A stretch of 64,000 nucleotides of DNA, taken from assembly GCA_040219255.1 (NCBI GenBank), contig JAVJSW010000042.1, positions 160,001 through 224,000 of the forward strand, given 5' to 3'. Numbering within the stretch: the stretch's first letter is position 1; every line of letters begins with the position of its first letter. The DNA comes from Sumerlaeia bacterium (GTDB taxonomy: Bacteria; Sumerlaeota; Sumerlaeia; SLMS01; JAHLLQ01). Positions 31,080-40,327 of this stretch are shown here, one piece after another. The notes beneath the pieces are model-generated. The model did no database searches and was not told where the DNA came from. It saw nothing but the letters and a program-made list of their open reading frames with translations. The position numbers were made by a program, and so were the translations under genes.

Positions 31080-32180
31080 ATGAACTATAAGCAGCTCGAA
31101 GCGCTGATCTATGTGACCCGCAACGGCACCTTCAAGCAGGCCGCCGAATCTTTGTACTTCGACTCCTCGGGCGAGGAGTACATCACGCCGGAGTCGATCC
31201 AGTACCGTATCAAGCAACTGGAGCAGGAGTTGGGCGTTTCGCTTTACCGCAAGCGGCAGGGCTCGAGCCGGGTGCTCCTGACGCGCGAGGGGCAGTTGTT
31301 CCTCCGCGAGGCTCTCGAGGTGTTCTCGCGCATGAGCGAGTGGCGCTCGATGTTCCTGGAGAGCGAGAAGGGCCGGCTGACCTTTGCCACGACGCAGACG
31401 GTGCTGATCCACCGCATGGTGGACGCGATCCGGGAATTCCATACGCGGCATCCCAATGTGCGGGTGCAGGCGCTGAACGCGACGGCGGCGGAGATGGAGA
31501 ATCTGGTGGGCGAAGGTCGCATCGATTTCGGCATTTCGACCCGCCAGCCGGAAACCGGCGAGCTGGAGTATGTGCCGTGGAAGAAGTCGCCGATGGTGCT
31601 GGTGCTACCCAAGGGGCACGCGCTGTCGGGCCGTCGCGATGTGAGCCTGATGGAAATCGCCGATCATCCGCTGATTCTGCTGGAGCCGGAAATGCGCGGC
31701 GACCGCGAGTTGGTGGACGAGTCGTTCCGCAAGGCGGGCATCAAGCGGCCGAACGTGGTGATCGAGACGAGCAATTCGGAAGTGATCCTGACGTACGTCG
31801 AAGCGGGTATCGGCGTGAGCGTCATCGCCGAGACGAATTTGGCGAACACGCGGCGCGAGGTGGACTTCGTCCGTCTCGATCCGAAGGTGATCGGCAAGAC
31901 GGAAGTGGGCTTGCTGGTGCGCGAAGGTCAGTTCCTCTCCTTCCGCGCACGGGAGTTTCTCACGTTCCTCGATCCCTCTTTCCGCGACTGGCTGGCCGAG
32001 CGCGATGTGCGGATGGAGCGCGAGGCGATCGAGGAGACGAACGGCCGCACGGGCCGTAGCAGCACGGCGAAGGTCGAACTGGCGCGGGCCGGGCTTCAGC
32101 ATGCCGCCGCTCCGGAGGACGAACCAGAGGACGACAACGGATTCAATCTGCCCAAACGGGCCAAAACTTCCAAGAAATAA
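31080..32180 (+). CDS. LysR-family transcriptional regulator (CysB/CysL-like substrate domain)
   Basis: MNYKQLEAL...TFKQAAESL...IKQLEQELGVSLY.R...LTREG; GRIDFGI; YVEAGIGVSVI. Confidence 0.9.
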   Translation: MNYKQLEALIYVTRNGTFKQAAESLYFDSSGEEYITPESIQYRIKQLEQELGVSLYRKRQGSSRVLLTREGQLFLREALEVFSRMSEWRSMFLESEKGRLTFATTQTVLIHRMVDAIREFHTRHPNVRVQALNATAAEMENLVGEGRIDFGISTRQPETGELEYVPWKKSPMVLVLPKGHALSGRRDVSLMEIADHPLILLEPEMRGDRELVDESFRKAGIKRPNVVIETSNSEVILTYVEAGIGVSVIAETNLANTRREVDFVRLDPKVIGKTEVGLLVREGQFLSFRAREFLTFLDPSFRDWLAERDVRMEREAIEETNGRTGRSSTAKVELARAGLQHAAAPEDEPEDDNGFNLPKRAKTSKK

Positions 32181-32197
32181 AGGATTCACCTCCACCC

Positions 32198-33457
32198 ATG
32201 AGTTCTTTCCCCCAACGTTCCCTCATGTTGGTCTCGGTTTTGGCGTGCTCCGCCGCCCTGCCGCTGACCGCCTGCGCGCAGGACGGATCGACCGCGCCGG
32301 CCGCTGGCACGCCGGCATCGCCCAAAGCGGGCCACCTGATCATCGTCGGCGGCGGCCTGTGGCCGGAAAACACCGCCGTGTACGAAAAGATCCTCTCGCT
32401 CGTGCCGGAGGACGGCCGCATCGGCATCCTGCCCACGGCGAGCGGCGAGCCGGAGTCGAGCGGCCCCGCCTACGTGGACGATTTCACGACCTATGGCGCG
32501 GGCTCCCGCACCGAACTGATCGAGATCACCTTCACGACTCCGGAGCGGGCCTCCGAGAATGAATACGTCTCGAAGATCGCTGACAAGCAAGTCCTCTTCT
32601 TCACCGGCGGCGACCAAAGCCGCATCACGGCGGCTTTCCGCACGAACGGCCAGGACACCCCGGGCTATCGGGCGGTGAAGGCGGTACTGGACAAGGGCGG
32701 CGTGATCGCCGGCAGCAGCGCCGGAGCGGCGATGATGTCGGATCCGATGCTGCGCTGGGGCGACAGCGAGGAGGCGCTGCTGATCGGCCAGAGCGAGGCG
32801 CCCGACCGGGGCGTCGGCATTGGTCAGGGCATGGGCTTTTTCCCCTACGGCCTGACGGGCCAGCATTTCCTGCAGCGTGGCCGCTTCGGCCGCCTGATCG
32901 CCGCCCTCGAGGCGACGGACAAGGAGCTGGGCTTTGGCGTGGAATACAAGAAGGGCATCCATGTGGACCTGGCTCAAGACCGCATCCAGCCTCTGCACGA
33001 CCAGGCCCTGCTGCTCATCGACCGCGCTTCGGCGGCGCGCGAGGGTCTGGCGCGTAAGGGTTTGCGGGTTTCGCTCCTGGGCCCGAACGAAATCGTGAAC
33101 GCCAACACGGGCGACATCACGATCGTCCCGGCGGAGGGCCGCGAGACTTTGGCCGCCCTGGAGAACGGCATGGCCACCATCGCGCCGATGGACGGCGCCT
33201 TCGACGATTACAAGCTCCAAGAGTTCATCGTGATGCTGGCCAAGTACCCGGCGGACAAGATCACGGTGACATCCGACTTCTTCGAGTTCCACCTCCGCGA
33301 GGACGATCGAACGCAGTTCCTGACTAGCGGGACGGACGAGTCGATCAGCGCGCTGAATATCCTCCTCGATATCGTGCCGAAGGAGGGCGCCGAAGCCGAG
33401 GCGAAGCGCCTGACGACGGAGACCGCCACGGAAGCCGCCGCGGGCGAGGCGGGCTGA
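32198..33457 (+). CDS. Exported cyanophycinase-like peptidase (S51 family)
   Basis: Signal/lipoprotein-like N-terminus (LTAC); LIIVGGG, ILPTAS, FFTGGDQSRI, AGSSAGAAMM (Ser), QHFLQRGRFGRL (His). Confidence 0.85.
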   Translation: MSSFPQRSLMLVSVLACSAALPLTACAQDGSTAPAAGTPASPKAGHLIIVGGGLWPENTAVYEKILSLVPEDGRIGILPTASGEPESSGPAYVDDFTTYGAGSRTELIEITFTTPERASENEYVSKIADKQVLFFTGGDQSRITAAFRTNGQDTPGYRAVKAVLDKGGVIAGSSAGAAMMSDPMLRWGDSEEALLIGQSEAPDRGVGIGQGMGFFPYGLTGQHFLQRGRFGRLIAALEATDKELGFGVEYKKGIHVDLAQDRIQPLHDQALLLIDRASAAREGLARKGLRVSLLGPNEIVNANTGDITIVPAEGRETLAALENGMATIAPMDGAFDDYKLQEFIVMLAKYPADKITVTSDFFEFHLREDDRTQFLTSGTDESISALNILLDIVPKEGAEAEAKRLTTETATEAAAGEAG

Positions 33458-33558
33458 GGCATACCGCCCCCCCATTCCGCTAAAAAATCCCAACACTTTC
33501 CACGAAAGCGCGCCTCGGTCACTGGCGCGCTTCTTAGCGAACAGGAGCCTGCCGCATC

Positions 33559-35268
33559 ATGACGCAACCGCATCCAGACGATAAACAACGGACACTCGAA
33601 GACGCCGGGACAAATGCCCCCCATCCCGGGAAACCGGCCCGACAGGAAGACCGCGGCGGAGGCCTGAAAATGCCGCCGACGCTGGCCATTATCGGGGTTA
33701 TTCTGCTGGCGGCGGCGTTGATTTCGCCGTTCCTGCCGGCGGGGCAATTCGAACGCGCCGAAAGAAAAGTGACGGAAAAGGGCAGCCGGATCATCGAGGC
33801 CGCCGCCAGCGAGGGCGAAACGGTCGCGGAGCTTGTCGAAGAGCACGGCGACGCCACTTCGGCCGCGGAAGGCGTGGTCAAGAAAGCGACGGGCGAGTTG
33901 TTGGCCGGGGACGACGTGCCAGGTTCGGGAACGGTCGTCCTGATTACCGTACAGAACACAGGCACGCGCACCGTGGTGGTGCCGAACAGCTATCAGCGCG
34001 TCGAGCGCGAGGAGCGGGGTTTCGCCGCGGGAACCATTCATATCGTCAGTCAGGTGGTGACGGCGCCGATCCGGGGATTTCAGGATAAGGCGAGCGTGAT
34101 CGCGTTCATTCTGATCATCGGCGGCGCCTTCGGGATCATCCTGGGAACCGGTGCCATCGACGCGGCGCTGCGGGCGGCGGTTGCGAAGCTGAGTGAGGGC
34201 GGCGGAGACTTGCTGGTTATCCCGGCCTGCATGATAATGTTCAGCCTGGGCGGGGCGATTTTCGGCATGAGCGAAGAGGTCATTCCGTTCGTTCTCGTGA
34301 CGATCCCGTTGGCGCTGCGGCTGGGCTACGACTCGATCACGGGGTTGTGTATGAGCTTCGTGGCGGCGGGTTTGGGCTTCGCGGGCGCGTTTCTCAATCC
34401 GTTCACCATCGGCGTGGCGCAAGGCATCGCGGAGATCAAGGTGTTCAGCGGCATGGAATTCCGCGTGGTGGTCTGGTGTCTGGTGACGCTGATTGGCGTG
34501 GCATACACGATGCGCTGGGCGATGAAGGTGAAGAAGAACCCGTCCCTCTCGCCGGCCTTCGAGTCGGACAAACGGCTGCGAGTGAAGTTCATGGGCGGGG
34601 AGGAGCAGGAAGCCCATACCCGGTTCGGAGGGCGGGATGCGGCCGTTTGCTTTGTTCTGATGGCGGCGGTGATCTCCATCCCGTTCGGCGTGAAGATTTG
34701 GGACTGGTACCTGACGGAACTCTCGGGTGTGTTCCTGGCGGCGGGGATTCTGGCCGCGCTGGTTGGGCGAATGACCATGGAGAAAGCGGCGGATTGCTTC
34801 ACGCGGGGCGCCGCCGATCTGGCCGGAGCTGCCCTGATCGTGGCCTTCGCGGCGGGTATCGTGCAGGTGTTGGAATCAGAGATGGTTATGGATACGATCC
34901 TCAACGCCATCGCCACTGGCATGGGAGATATGCACAACGCGCTGGCGGCGTGCCTGATGTTCGTCTTTCAGACTGCTCTAAATTTCTTCGTCCCGTCGGG
35001 AAGCGGACAGGCGGCGATGACGATGCCGATCATGGCTCCCTTGGGTGATACGATCGGGGTGAATCGTCAGATCGCGGTGCTGGCTTTTCAGTTCGGGGAT
35101 GGCTTCGGAAACATGATTATACCAACGAGCGCGGTGACGATGACGGTGCTGGGGATCGCGGAGATTCCGTGGAGCAAGTGGGCCCGTTGGATCCTTCCTT
35201 TAGAGCTGATTTTAGCGACTTTCGCCTGTGTGGCGCTGACCGTGGCGGTGGCGATCGGCTATTCGTAA
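33559..35268 (+). CDS. YfcC/DcuC-family transporter (basic amino acid or dipeptide antiporter-like)
   Basis: LPAGQFER, FILIIGGAFG, GMSEE, GYDS, NPFTIGVAQGIA, FSGMEFR, VPSGSGQA, MPIMAPL, AFQFGDG, PTS. Confidence 0.9.
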   Translation: MTQPHPDDKQRTLEDAGTNAPHPGKPARQEDRGGGLKMPPTLAIIGVILLAAALISPFLPAGQFERAERKVTEKGSRIIEAAASEGETVAELVEEHGDATSAAEGVVKKATGELLAGDDVPGSGTVVLITVQNTGTRTVVVPNSYQRVEREERGFAAGTIHIVSQVVTAPIRGFQDKASVIAFILIIGGAFGIILGTGAIDAALRAAVAKLSEGGGDLLVIPACMIMFSLGGAIFGMSEEVIPFVLVTIPLALRLGYDSITGLCMSFVAAGLGFAGAFLNPFTIGVAQGIAEIKVFSGMEFRVVVWCLVTLIGVAYTMRWAMKVKKNPSLSPAFESDKRLRVKFMGGEEQEAHTRFGGRDAAVCFVLMAAVISIPFGVKIWDWYLTELSGVFLAAGILAALVGRMTMEKAADCFTRGAADLAGAALIVAFAAGIVQVLESEMVMDTILNAIATGMGDMHNALAACLMFVFQTALNFFVPSGSGQAAMTMPIMAPLGDTIGVNRQIAVLAFQFGDGFGNMIIPTSAVTMTVLGIAEIPWSKWARWILPLELILATFACVALTVAVAIGYS

Positions 35269-35442
35269 CGTTCCGAATCCCAGTAGCTTTTTGATGCCCC
35301 CCAAAGAATGTACTTGTTGGTTCATACGTCTTTCTCATATGCAATTGACTAGGTCCGAATAGTGGGCGAATTGGGCTGGTTCAGCCTGGTTCCCAACGTG
35401 GGCACTCAAGACTCGCCGGTCATGCGAAGGAGACGAGGACGG

Positions 35443-36558
35443 ATGAACGGAACAATGACGTGGAAAAGAAGCTTGTTGGGGATTGCCATTTGCTCGCTGA
35501 GCTGGACGGTCGTGTGGTCTTTGCCACCAAAGGGTTCGGTCGTACTGAACGAAGTGGTCCCGGATAGCCGGGGAGGCAATCCGGAGCTGGAATTCATCGA
35601 GCTGTACACGAAGCGCCCCGCGATGGAACTGGCGGGCCTGAGCGTGGTGATCGTCGAAAGCCAGGTCCGCGACCCGAATCTGCCCAAACCGGGCGAGGTG
35701 ATCTGGCGGGCGGACCTGCCGGCGGGAGCCGTCTCGGACCGCAACGGGTTCTTTCTCCTGGCGAACGAGCGGACTGCGCAGGAGTACAACGTGAAGCCCG
35801 GATTGATGTGGCCCAACAAGACGAACATCGTAAACGATCCGATCACGGTGGCGCTGATGCCGACCCAGGTGGCGCCCGATATTGGCACGGTCGTTCCCCT
35901 CGATACGCCATTGAACAGCCAGATTTACGACTCGGTGGCGCTTCTGGGCACCACCGAAGCGCAGCCGTTTTTCGGGGCCCCCACGGTCGGACCGGACCGG
36001 ATTTATATCGCCGCCGGGGCGACGCGCGTTTCCGACGGAGTGGACACGAACCAAAGCTCGGATTGGTCCCTCGCGGATATCGAAGGTCCTCCGCAGACCT
36101 TCAATACGCCCGGTTCGCGCAATCATCTGCCAGAAGAAATGATCGCCGTGTCCCGGCCCGTCGAGGGCGAAGAGAACGAGCCGAGGGAGCAGGAAGTGAC
36201 CCTGGGCAAGGTGGTCTGGAAGCGTTACAGCCCTCTGGCCATGCAGGAAGCGGTTCGCTATGAGGGCAGCGCTATGATTTACGTGCGGCGCGGCGACATG
36301 ACGACCTGCCGCGTGTTCGAACAAAGCTATTTGTTGCACTCGGACGCGACGCCGCTGCTGAGCGGCAAGCCGGTGTTCTTCCTGAACGTGAACGAGCCGG
36401 GAGCGGGAAACCTGGCCCGCGAGCTGGGCGTCTATCGCGTGCCGAGTCTGGTGACCTACAAGCAGGGCCGCGACCCCCGGCACCTGATCTACAATCCGCG
36501 CACGACCACTCCGCGGGAAATCTACGACTTCATGGTTTCATTCAATCAGCAGGGATGA
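35443..36558 (+). CDS. Secreted lamin-tail-like plus thioredoxin-fold-like protein
   Basis: Signal peptide; LNEVVPD...EFIELY, TPGSRN; C-terminal TTCRVFE...LGVYRVPSLV (Trx cis-Pro region, single Cys). Confidence 0.6.
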   Translation: MNGTMTWKRSLLGIAICSLSWTVVWSLPPKGSVVLNEVVPDSRGGNPELEFIELYTKRPAMELAGLSVVIVESQVRDPNLPKPGEVIWRADLPAGAVSDRNGFFLLANERTAQEYNVKPGLMWPNKTNIVNDPITVALMPTQVAPDIGTVVPLDTPLNSQIYDSVALLGTTEAQPFFGAPTVGPDRIYIAAGATRVSDGVDTNQSSDWSLADIEGPPQTFNTPGSRNHLPEEMIAVSRPVEGEENEPREQEVTLGKVVWKRYSPLAMQEAVRYEGSAMIYVRRGDMTTCRVFEQSYLLHSDATPLLSGKPVFFLNVNEPGAGNLARELGVYRVPSLVTYKQGRDPRHLIYNPRTTTPREIYDFMVSFNQQG

Positions 36559-36604
36559 CGCTCAGGAGTTGCCACGGCGGGGCACTAGCCCTACAACTGG
36601 GCGC

Positions 36605-37903
36605 ATGAGCCCGCCCCGACCCGCCTTCGCGCTTCGCGCCGAGAACCTCACCAAGACGTTCGAAATCTCGACCCACAGCGCCTCCTCCCTCAAGGAGATG
36701 ATCCTGAAGGGGGCGTTCATGCGCGGTGAGCGAGCCAGCCACAACGCGCTCAAGGGGCTGAGTTTCTCTCTGGAGCCCGGTCAAAGCCTCGCCATTATCG
36801 GGGGTAACGGTTCGGGCAAGTCCACTCTTCTCAAGCTGATCAGCGGCATCAGCGAGCCCACTTCGGGAAGCCTGGAAGTGAACGGCACGGTGGCGGCGCT
36901 GTTGGAATTGGGTGCCGGATTCCAGCCGGAGCTGACGGGCATGGAAAACATTTTCCTGCAAGGCCAGATCCTCGGCATGAAGCGCGGTGAGATTCTGGGG
37001 CGACTGGACGACATTCTGGATTTCGCCGACATCGGGCCCTTTATCCACACCCCGATGAAGCGCTACTCGAGCGGCATGACGGTTCGGCTGGGGTTCGCCC
37101 TGGCTGTGTTTTCCGAGGCGGAGGTCCTGCTGGTCGACGAAGTCCTGGCGGTCGGCGACGCGGCGTTTCAACTCAAGTGTTTACAGAAGATCAGCGACTT
37201 GAAACGGCGCGGGAAGACGATTCTTTTTGTCAGCCACAGTCCCGAGCATATCGAGCTGGCGGCGGAGAAAGCGCTGTGGATCGAGGCGGGCGAAATGAGG
37301 GCCCTCGGTACGACGGACGAGGTCCTGGAGCGTTACCTGGAGGCGCAAGTGGGCGGCGGCCAGCACGTCGAGGGCGGCGAGTTGGAAACCGACAACGAAG
37401 CGATGCGGGTCCGGAGCGCGACCATTCTTTCCTCGGGCCGGATGGGGGCGGCGCGCAAGCCCGCGTCCATCGAAAAACTAGAGGCCCTGGGGCCGGACGG
37501 CAGGGCGCGCAAGCACTTCGAAGCGGACGAGCCGATCACTTTCCGCCTGACCGTTCGGGTCAACGAGACGCTCCCCTACCTGTCCGTGAGCATGGCCTAT
37601 TCAGGCCAGCGAGGCATCCGGCTCGGGTACAATTCCTCGAAACTGCAGGGGTTGCCACTGCGGGACCTAAAGCCCGGCCTCTATGAGGTCGCGCTGAAAA
37701 TCGAGCGATTCGCGGCGTTGCCGGGGCGGTACCTGCTCAATGCAGCCTTGAGTCCAGAGAACCCGTTCGAATTCTACGATCTGCACCTGCGTTGCCAGGC
37801 CATCCACATCCGGGGCCAGGCGGCTTCGGGATGCGGCGCGCTCATTTCAGCGCCGGGTCAATGGGGCCCGCTGACGGAAGGCCAATCTCGCACCCACGGA
37901 TAA
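36605..37903 (+). CDS. Polysaccharide ABC exporter ATP-binding subunit with Wzt_C-like domain
   Basis: GGNGSGKST, LLELGAGFQPELTGMENI, YSSGM, LLVDEVLAVGD, VSHS; C-terminal beta-sandwich domain. Confidence 0.9.
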   Translation: MSPPRPAFALRAENLTKTFEISTHSASSLKEMILKGAFMRGERASHNALKGLSFSLEPGQSLAIIGGNGSGKSTLLKLISGISEPTSGSLEVNGTVAALLELGAGFQPELTGMENIFLQGQILGMKRGEILGRLDDILDFADIGPFIHTPMKRYSSGMTVRLGFALAVFSEAEVLLVDEVLAVGDAAFQLKCLQKISDLKRRGKTILFVSHSPEHIELAAEKALWIEAGEMRALGTTDEVLERYLEAQVGGGQHVEGGELETDNEAMRVRSATILSSGRMGAARKPASIEKLEALGPDGRARKHFEADEPITFRLTVRVNETLPYLSVSMAYSGQRGIRLGYNSSKLQGLPLRDLKPGLYEVALKIERFAALPGRYLLNAALSPENPFEFYDLHLRCQAIHIRGQAASGCGALISAPGQWGPLTEGQSRTHG

Positions 37904-37908
37904 AGAAA

Positions 37909-39018
37909 ATGACCTTCCTTGAAATTGCACAGATTTTGTTCGCCATACCGACCGCTCCCTATCGCGAGCAATGGATGAGCCGGGCGCTGCTAGAGATTCT
38001 GCGGTCCTGGAGCGATGTTGAGGTGGCGGAGGATCGCTGGGGAAACATTGTCGCGCGCCTGCGCCGCGGCGAGACCGGCTTGGCGCCCGTGGCCTACGTG
38101 GCCCACTTGGATCATCCCGGGGTGTTCGTCGAAACCGTTGACGGCTGCCGCGTTCAGGCGCGGTTCGAAGGCTTTGTGACGCCGGAGTTCCTGAAGGGAG
38201 CGGCGGTCCGTTTGTTCCGAAGTCCCGACGATGCGGGGATTCGTGGCCAGATTTCCGAAGTTGGCGAACGCAACTGGCCCGGTCGGGAGCGGCGGATTGT
38301 GATCGAAGCCGAGTCGCCCGCCGAGGGCGCGGTCCTGGGAATGTTCGACTTGGAGCCGATTCGAATCGATGGCGACCGGCTCTGGGGGCGGGCGGTGGAT
38401 GATTTGGGAGGCTGCGCGGCGATCCTGGCGGCACTGGCCTTGGCACGAGAAAGCCAGGAGCCGGTGGACCTTATCGCGGTGTTCACCCGGGCGGAAGAGG
38501 CGGGCTTCCGGGGAGCGTTGCTGCTTTGCGAGGAGGAGGCGGAAGCCCCGCGCCTGCTGCCGAGGGAGGCCTGGGTCATCAGCGTGGAAACCTCGAGCGC
38601 GCGGCCTCATGTGGCGGTGGGCGACGGGGCGGTGCTGCGCGTGGGCGACCGGCGCACGATATTCGATCCGGGGATCACCCTGGCGTTCGGCCAGGTAGGC
38701 GAGGCCATCGCCGAAGATTTGGGCTGCCGTCCTCTGGTCCGTGCTCTCATGGACGGCGGGACCTGTGAAGCAAGCGTTTTCAATCACGCGGGTTGGCGCA
38801 GCGGCGGCGTGTGTTTGCCGCTCGGCAATTACCACAACATGAACCGCGAGAACGGCCGCATCGAAGAGGAATATGTCAGCCTGCGCGACGCGGAGGATGT
38901 CGTCCGGATGATGGCCAGCGTGGCTCTCCGCAGCGATCTGCGCCGGCGGGCGGCGGAGGAGATGGCCACGGAATTCCGGGAGTTGACGGAGGATGCCCGG
39001 AGCAAGTTGACGATCTGA
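37909..39018 (+). CDS. M20/M28/M42-type metallopeptidase (paralogue 2)
   Basis: PTAPYRE, DRWGN, AHLDHPG, RAVDDLGG, RAEEAGF, SVE, GGTCEA and NYHN; clearly homologous to 28644-29834. Confidence 0.8.
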   Translation: MTFLEIAQILFAIPTAPYREQWMSRALLEILRSWSDVEVAEDRWGNIVARLRRGETGLAPVAYVAHLDHPGVFVETVDGCRVQARFEGFVTPEFLKGAAVRLFRSPDDAGIRGQISEVGERNWPGRERRIVIEAESPAEGAVLGMFDLEPIRIDGDRLWGRAVDDLGGCAAILAALALARESQEPVDLIAVFTRAEEAGFRGALLLCEEEAEAPRLLPREAWVISVETSSARPHVAVGDGAVLRVGDRRTIFDPGITLAFGQVGEAIAEDLGCRPLVRALMDGGTCEASVFNHAGWRSGGVCLPLGNYHNMNRENGRIEEEYVSLRDAEDVVRMMASVALRSDLRRRAAEEMATEFRELTEDARSKLTI

Positions 39019-39046
39019 GAGGCCAAGGACTCGGACAGATTAAAGC

Positions 39047-39084
39047 AAAAAACCGCGGTGCCAAAGGATGACCCCGCAGGTTTT
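39047..39084. terminator. Possible bidirectional terminator between convergent genes
   Basis: AAAAAACCGCGG...CCGCAGGTTTT imperfect stem with A and T tracts. Confidence 0.45.
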
Positions 39085-39124
39085 CAAATTGTCTGTCTCG
39101 ATCAATGGTCTCGACGCGGCTGGG

Positions 39125-40153
39125 TTAGCGGCCGACGATGGGACGGATGACTTGGCGCTCGCCGCTGGGACGCTGGCGGGGACGAGGAGTGATGGAAACT
39201 TCCACAGGGCCGTGGGTGGTTTCTTTGCCGTTCGTGTCGATGTCGACCAGCACATAGGTGCGGGTGTTGTCGGCCATGAGGGGCAGGGAGTCGATGAAGG
39301 AGTAAGACGCGCCCTGGGGGCTCTTGGCGGGGATCAGGCTGTCGTTCAGCTTGGTCACGACAGGCTCGTCGCCGATGCTGCCGGAGACGCGATAGAGGTC
39401 AAAGCCGAGGTTGTCGGTTTCCGTTTCGGTGGTCCAGGTGATCTGGACAGGACTGCGGCGCGAGTAGGTGGTGGCTTCGAAGCTGTTCAACTCCACCGCC
39501 AGCACGCTCTGGAAGAGGTTCGTGCGCTGGTTACTGCTGAGCGTGCCGGGGTCGCCGGGGTTCTGGAAGAACTCAAAGAGGATGTTGGTGTAAAGGGCGC
39601 CGGAGTAGAAGCCGCCGGGGCTGGCCGTATTGTTGACGACGACCTGAAAGGTGAAGGTGCGGAATTCGCCCTGGGGGATGTCGGAGACTGCGGGGAAATT
39701 GCGACCGATGTCCAGATTGATGGCGTTGGGCTTGAAGAAGCTGGAATTCGACGTGGACTGAAGGGTGAAGCCACCGATCAGGGGATCGGGGTCGCTGAAG
39801 AAGCTCCCATTCACGTAGAAGAGCCCGGGAGGACCGGAGGCGAAGAGGCTGGTGCCCGTGGAGTCTGATGTGGGGAGCGTCACGCGGAGGCCGGAGGGAG
39901 CGGTACCGTTCGAGTTGCCTGGGTTCTGCAGGAAGCGAAGGTCGTTGCCGGCGCCGTTGTTACGGACGCGGACGGTGACGGTGGAGGGGGAGCCGGCGAC
40001 AACGGGTTGGGGGCTCACGATGAAGTCGCCCAGGGTGGCGTCGGTATCGGCCTGGGCGGCCTGACCGAAGGCTTCCTTCTGGGGCAGGGCGACGGCCAGC
40101 AAAAGGCTGACGGCGGAGAAGGCGAAGAATTTTGCAAAGCTCTGGATTTTCAC
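39125..40153 (-). CDS. Secreted Ig-like protein with 'LAVELxSF...W.T..E..N.GF' C-terminal module
   Basis: Signal peptide; DUF11/CARDB-like N-domain; LAVELNSFEA...ITWTTETETDNLGFDLYR...YSFID...DIDTNG. Confidence 0.7.
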   Translation of the reverse strand: MKIQSFAKFFAFSAVSLLLAVALPQKEAFGQAAQADTDATLGDFIVSPQPVVAGSPSTVTVRVRNNGAGNDLRFLQNPGNSNGTAPSGLRVTLPTSDSTGTSLFASGPPGLFYVNGSFFSDPDPLIGGFTLQSTSNSSFFKPNAINLDIGRNFPAVSDIPQGEFRTFTFQVVVNNTASPGGFYSGALYTNILFEFFQNPGDPGTLSSNQRTNLFQSVLAVELNSFEATTYSRRSPVQITWTTETETDNLGFDLYRVSGSIGDEPVVTKLNDSLIPAKSPQGASYSFIDSLPLMADNTRTYVLVDIDTNGKETTHGPVEVSITPRPRQRPSGERQVIRPIVGR

Positions 40154-40327
40154 GATTTTGTATTCCTTCGTCGTAAAGATTAGGAGGGGTACTTGTGTCC
40201 AATGATGACTACTAACAGACGAATACTACGACGTCCCGCAGTCCGAATCCACCCCTTTTTTTCAATATGTCACGTTCGGGTGTCAGTTTTCCCCCACAGA
40301 GGGTCACCAGTATCGCGTGGTAAACCG

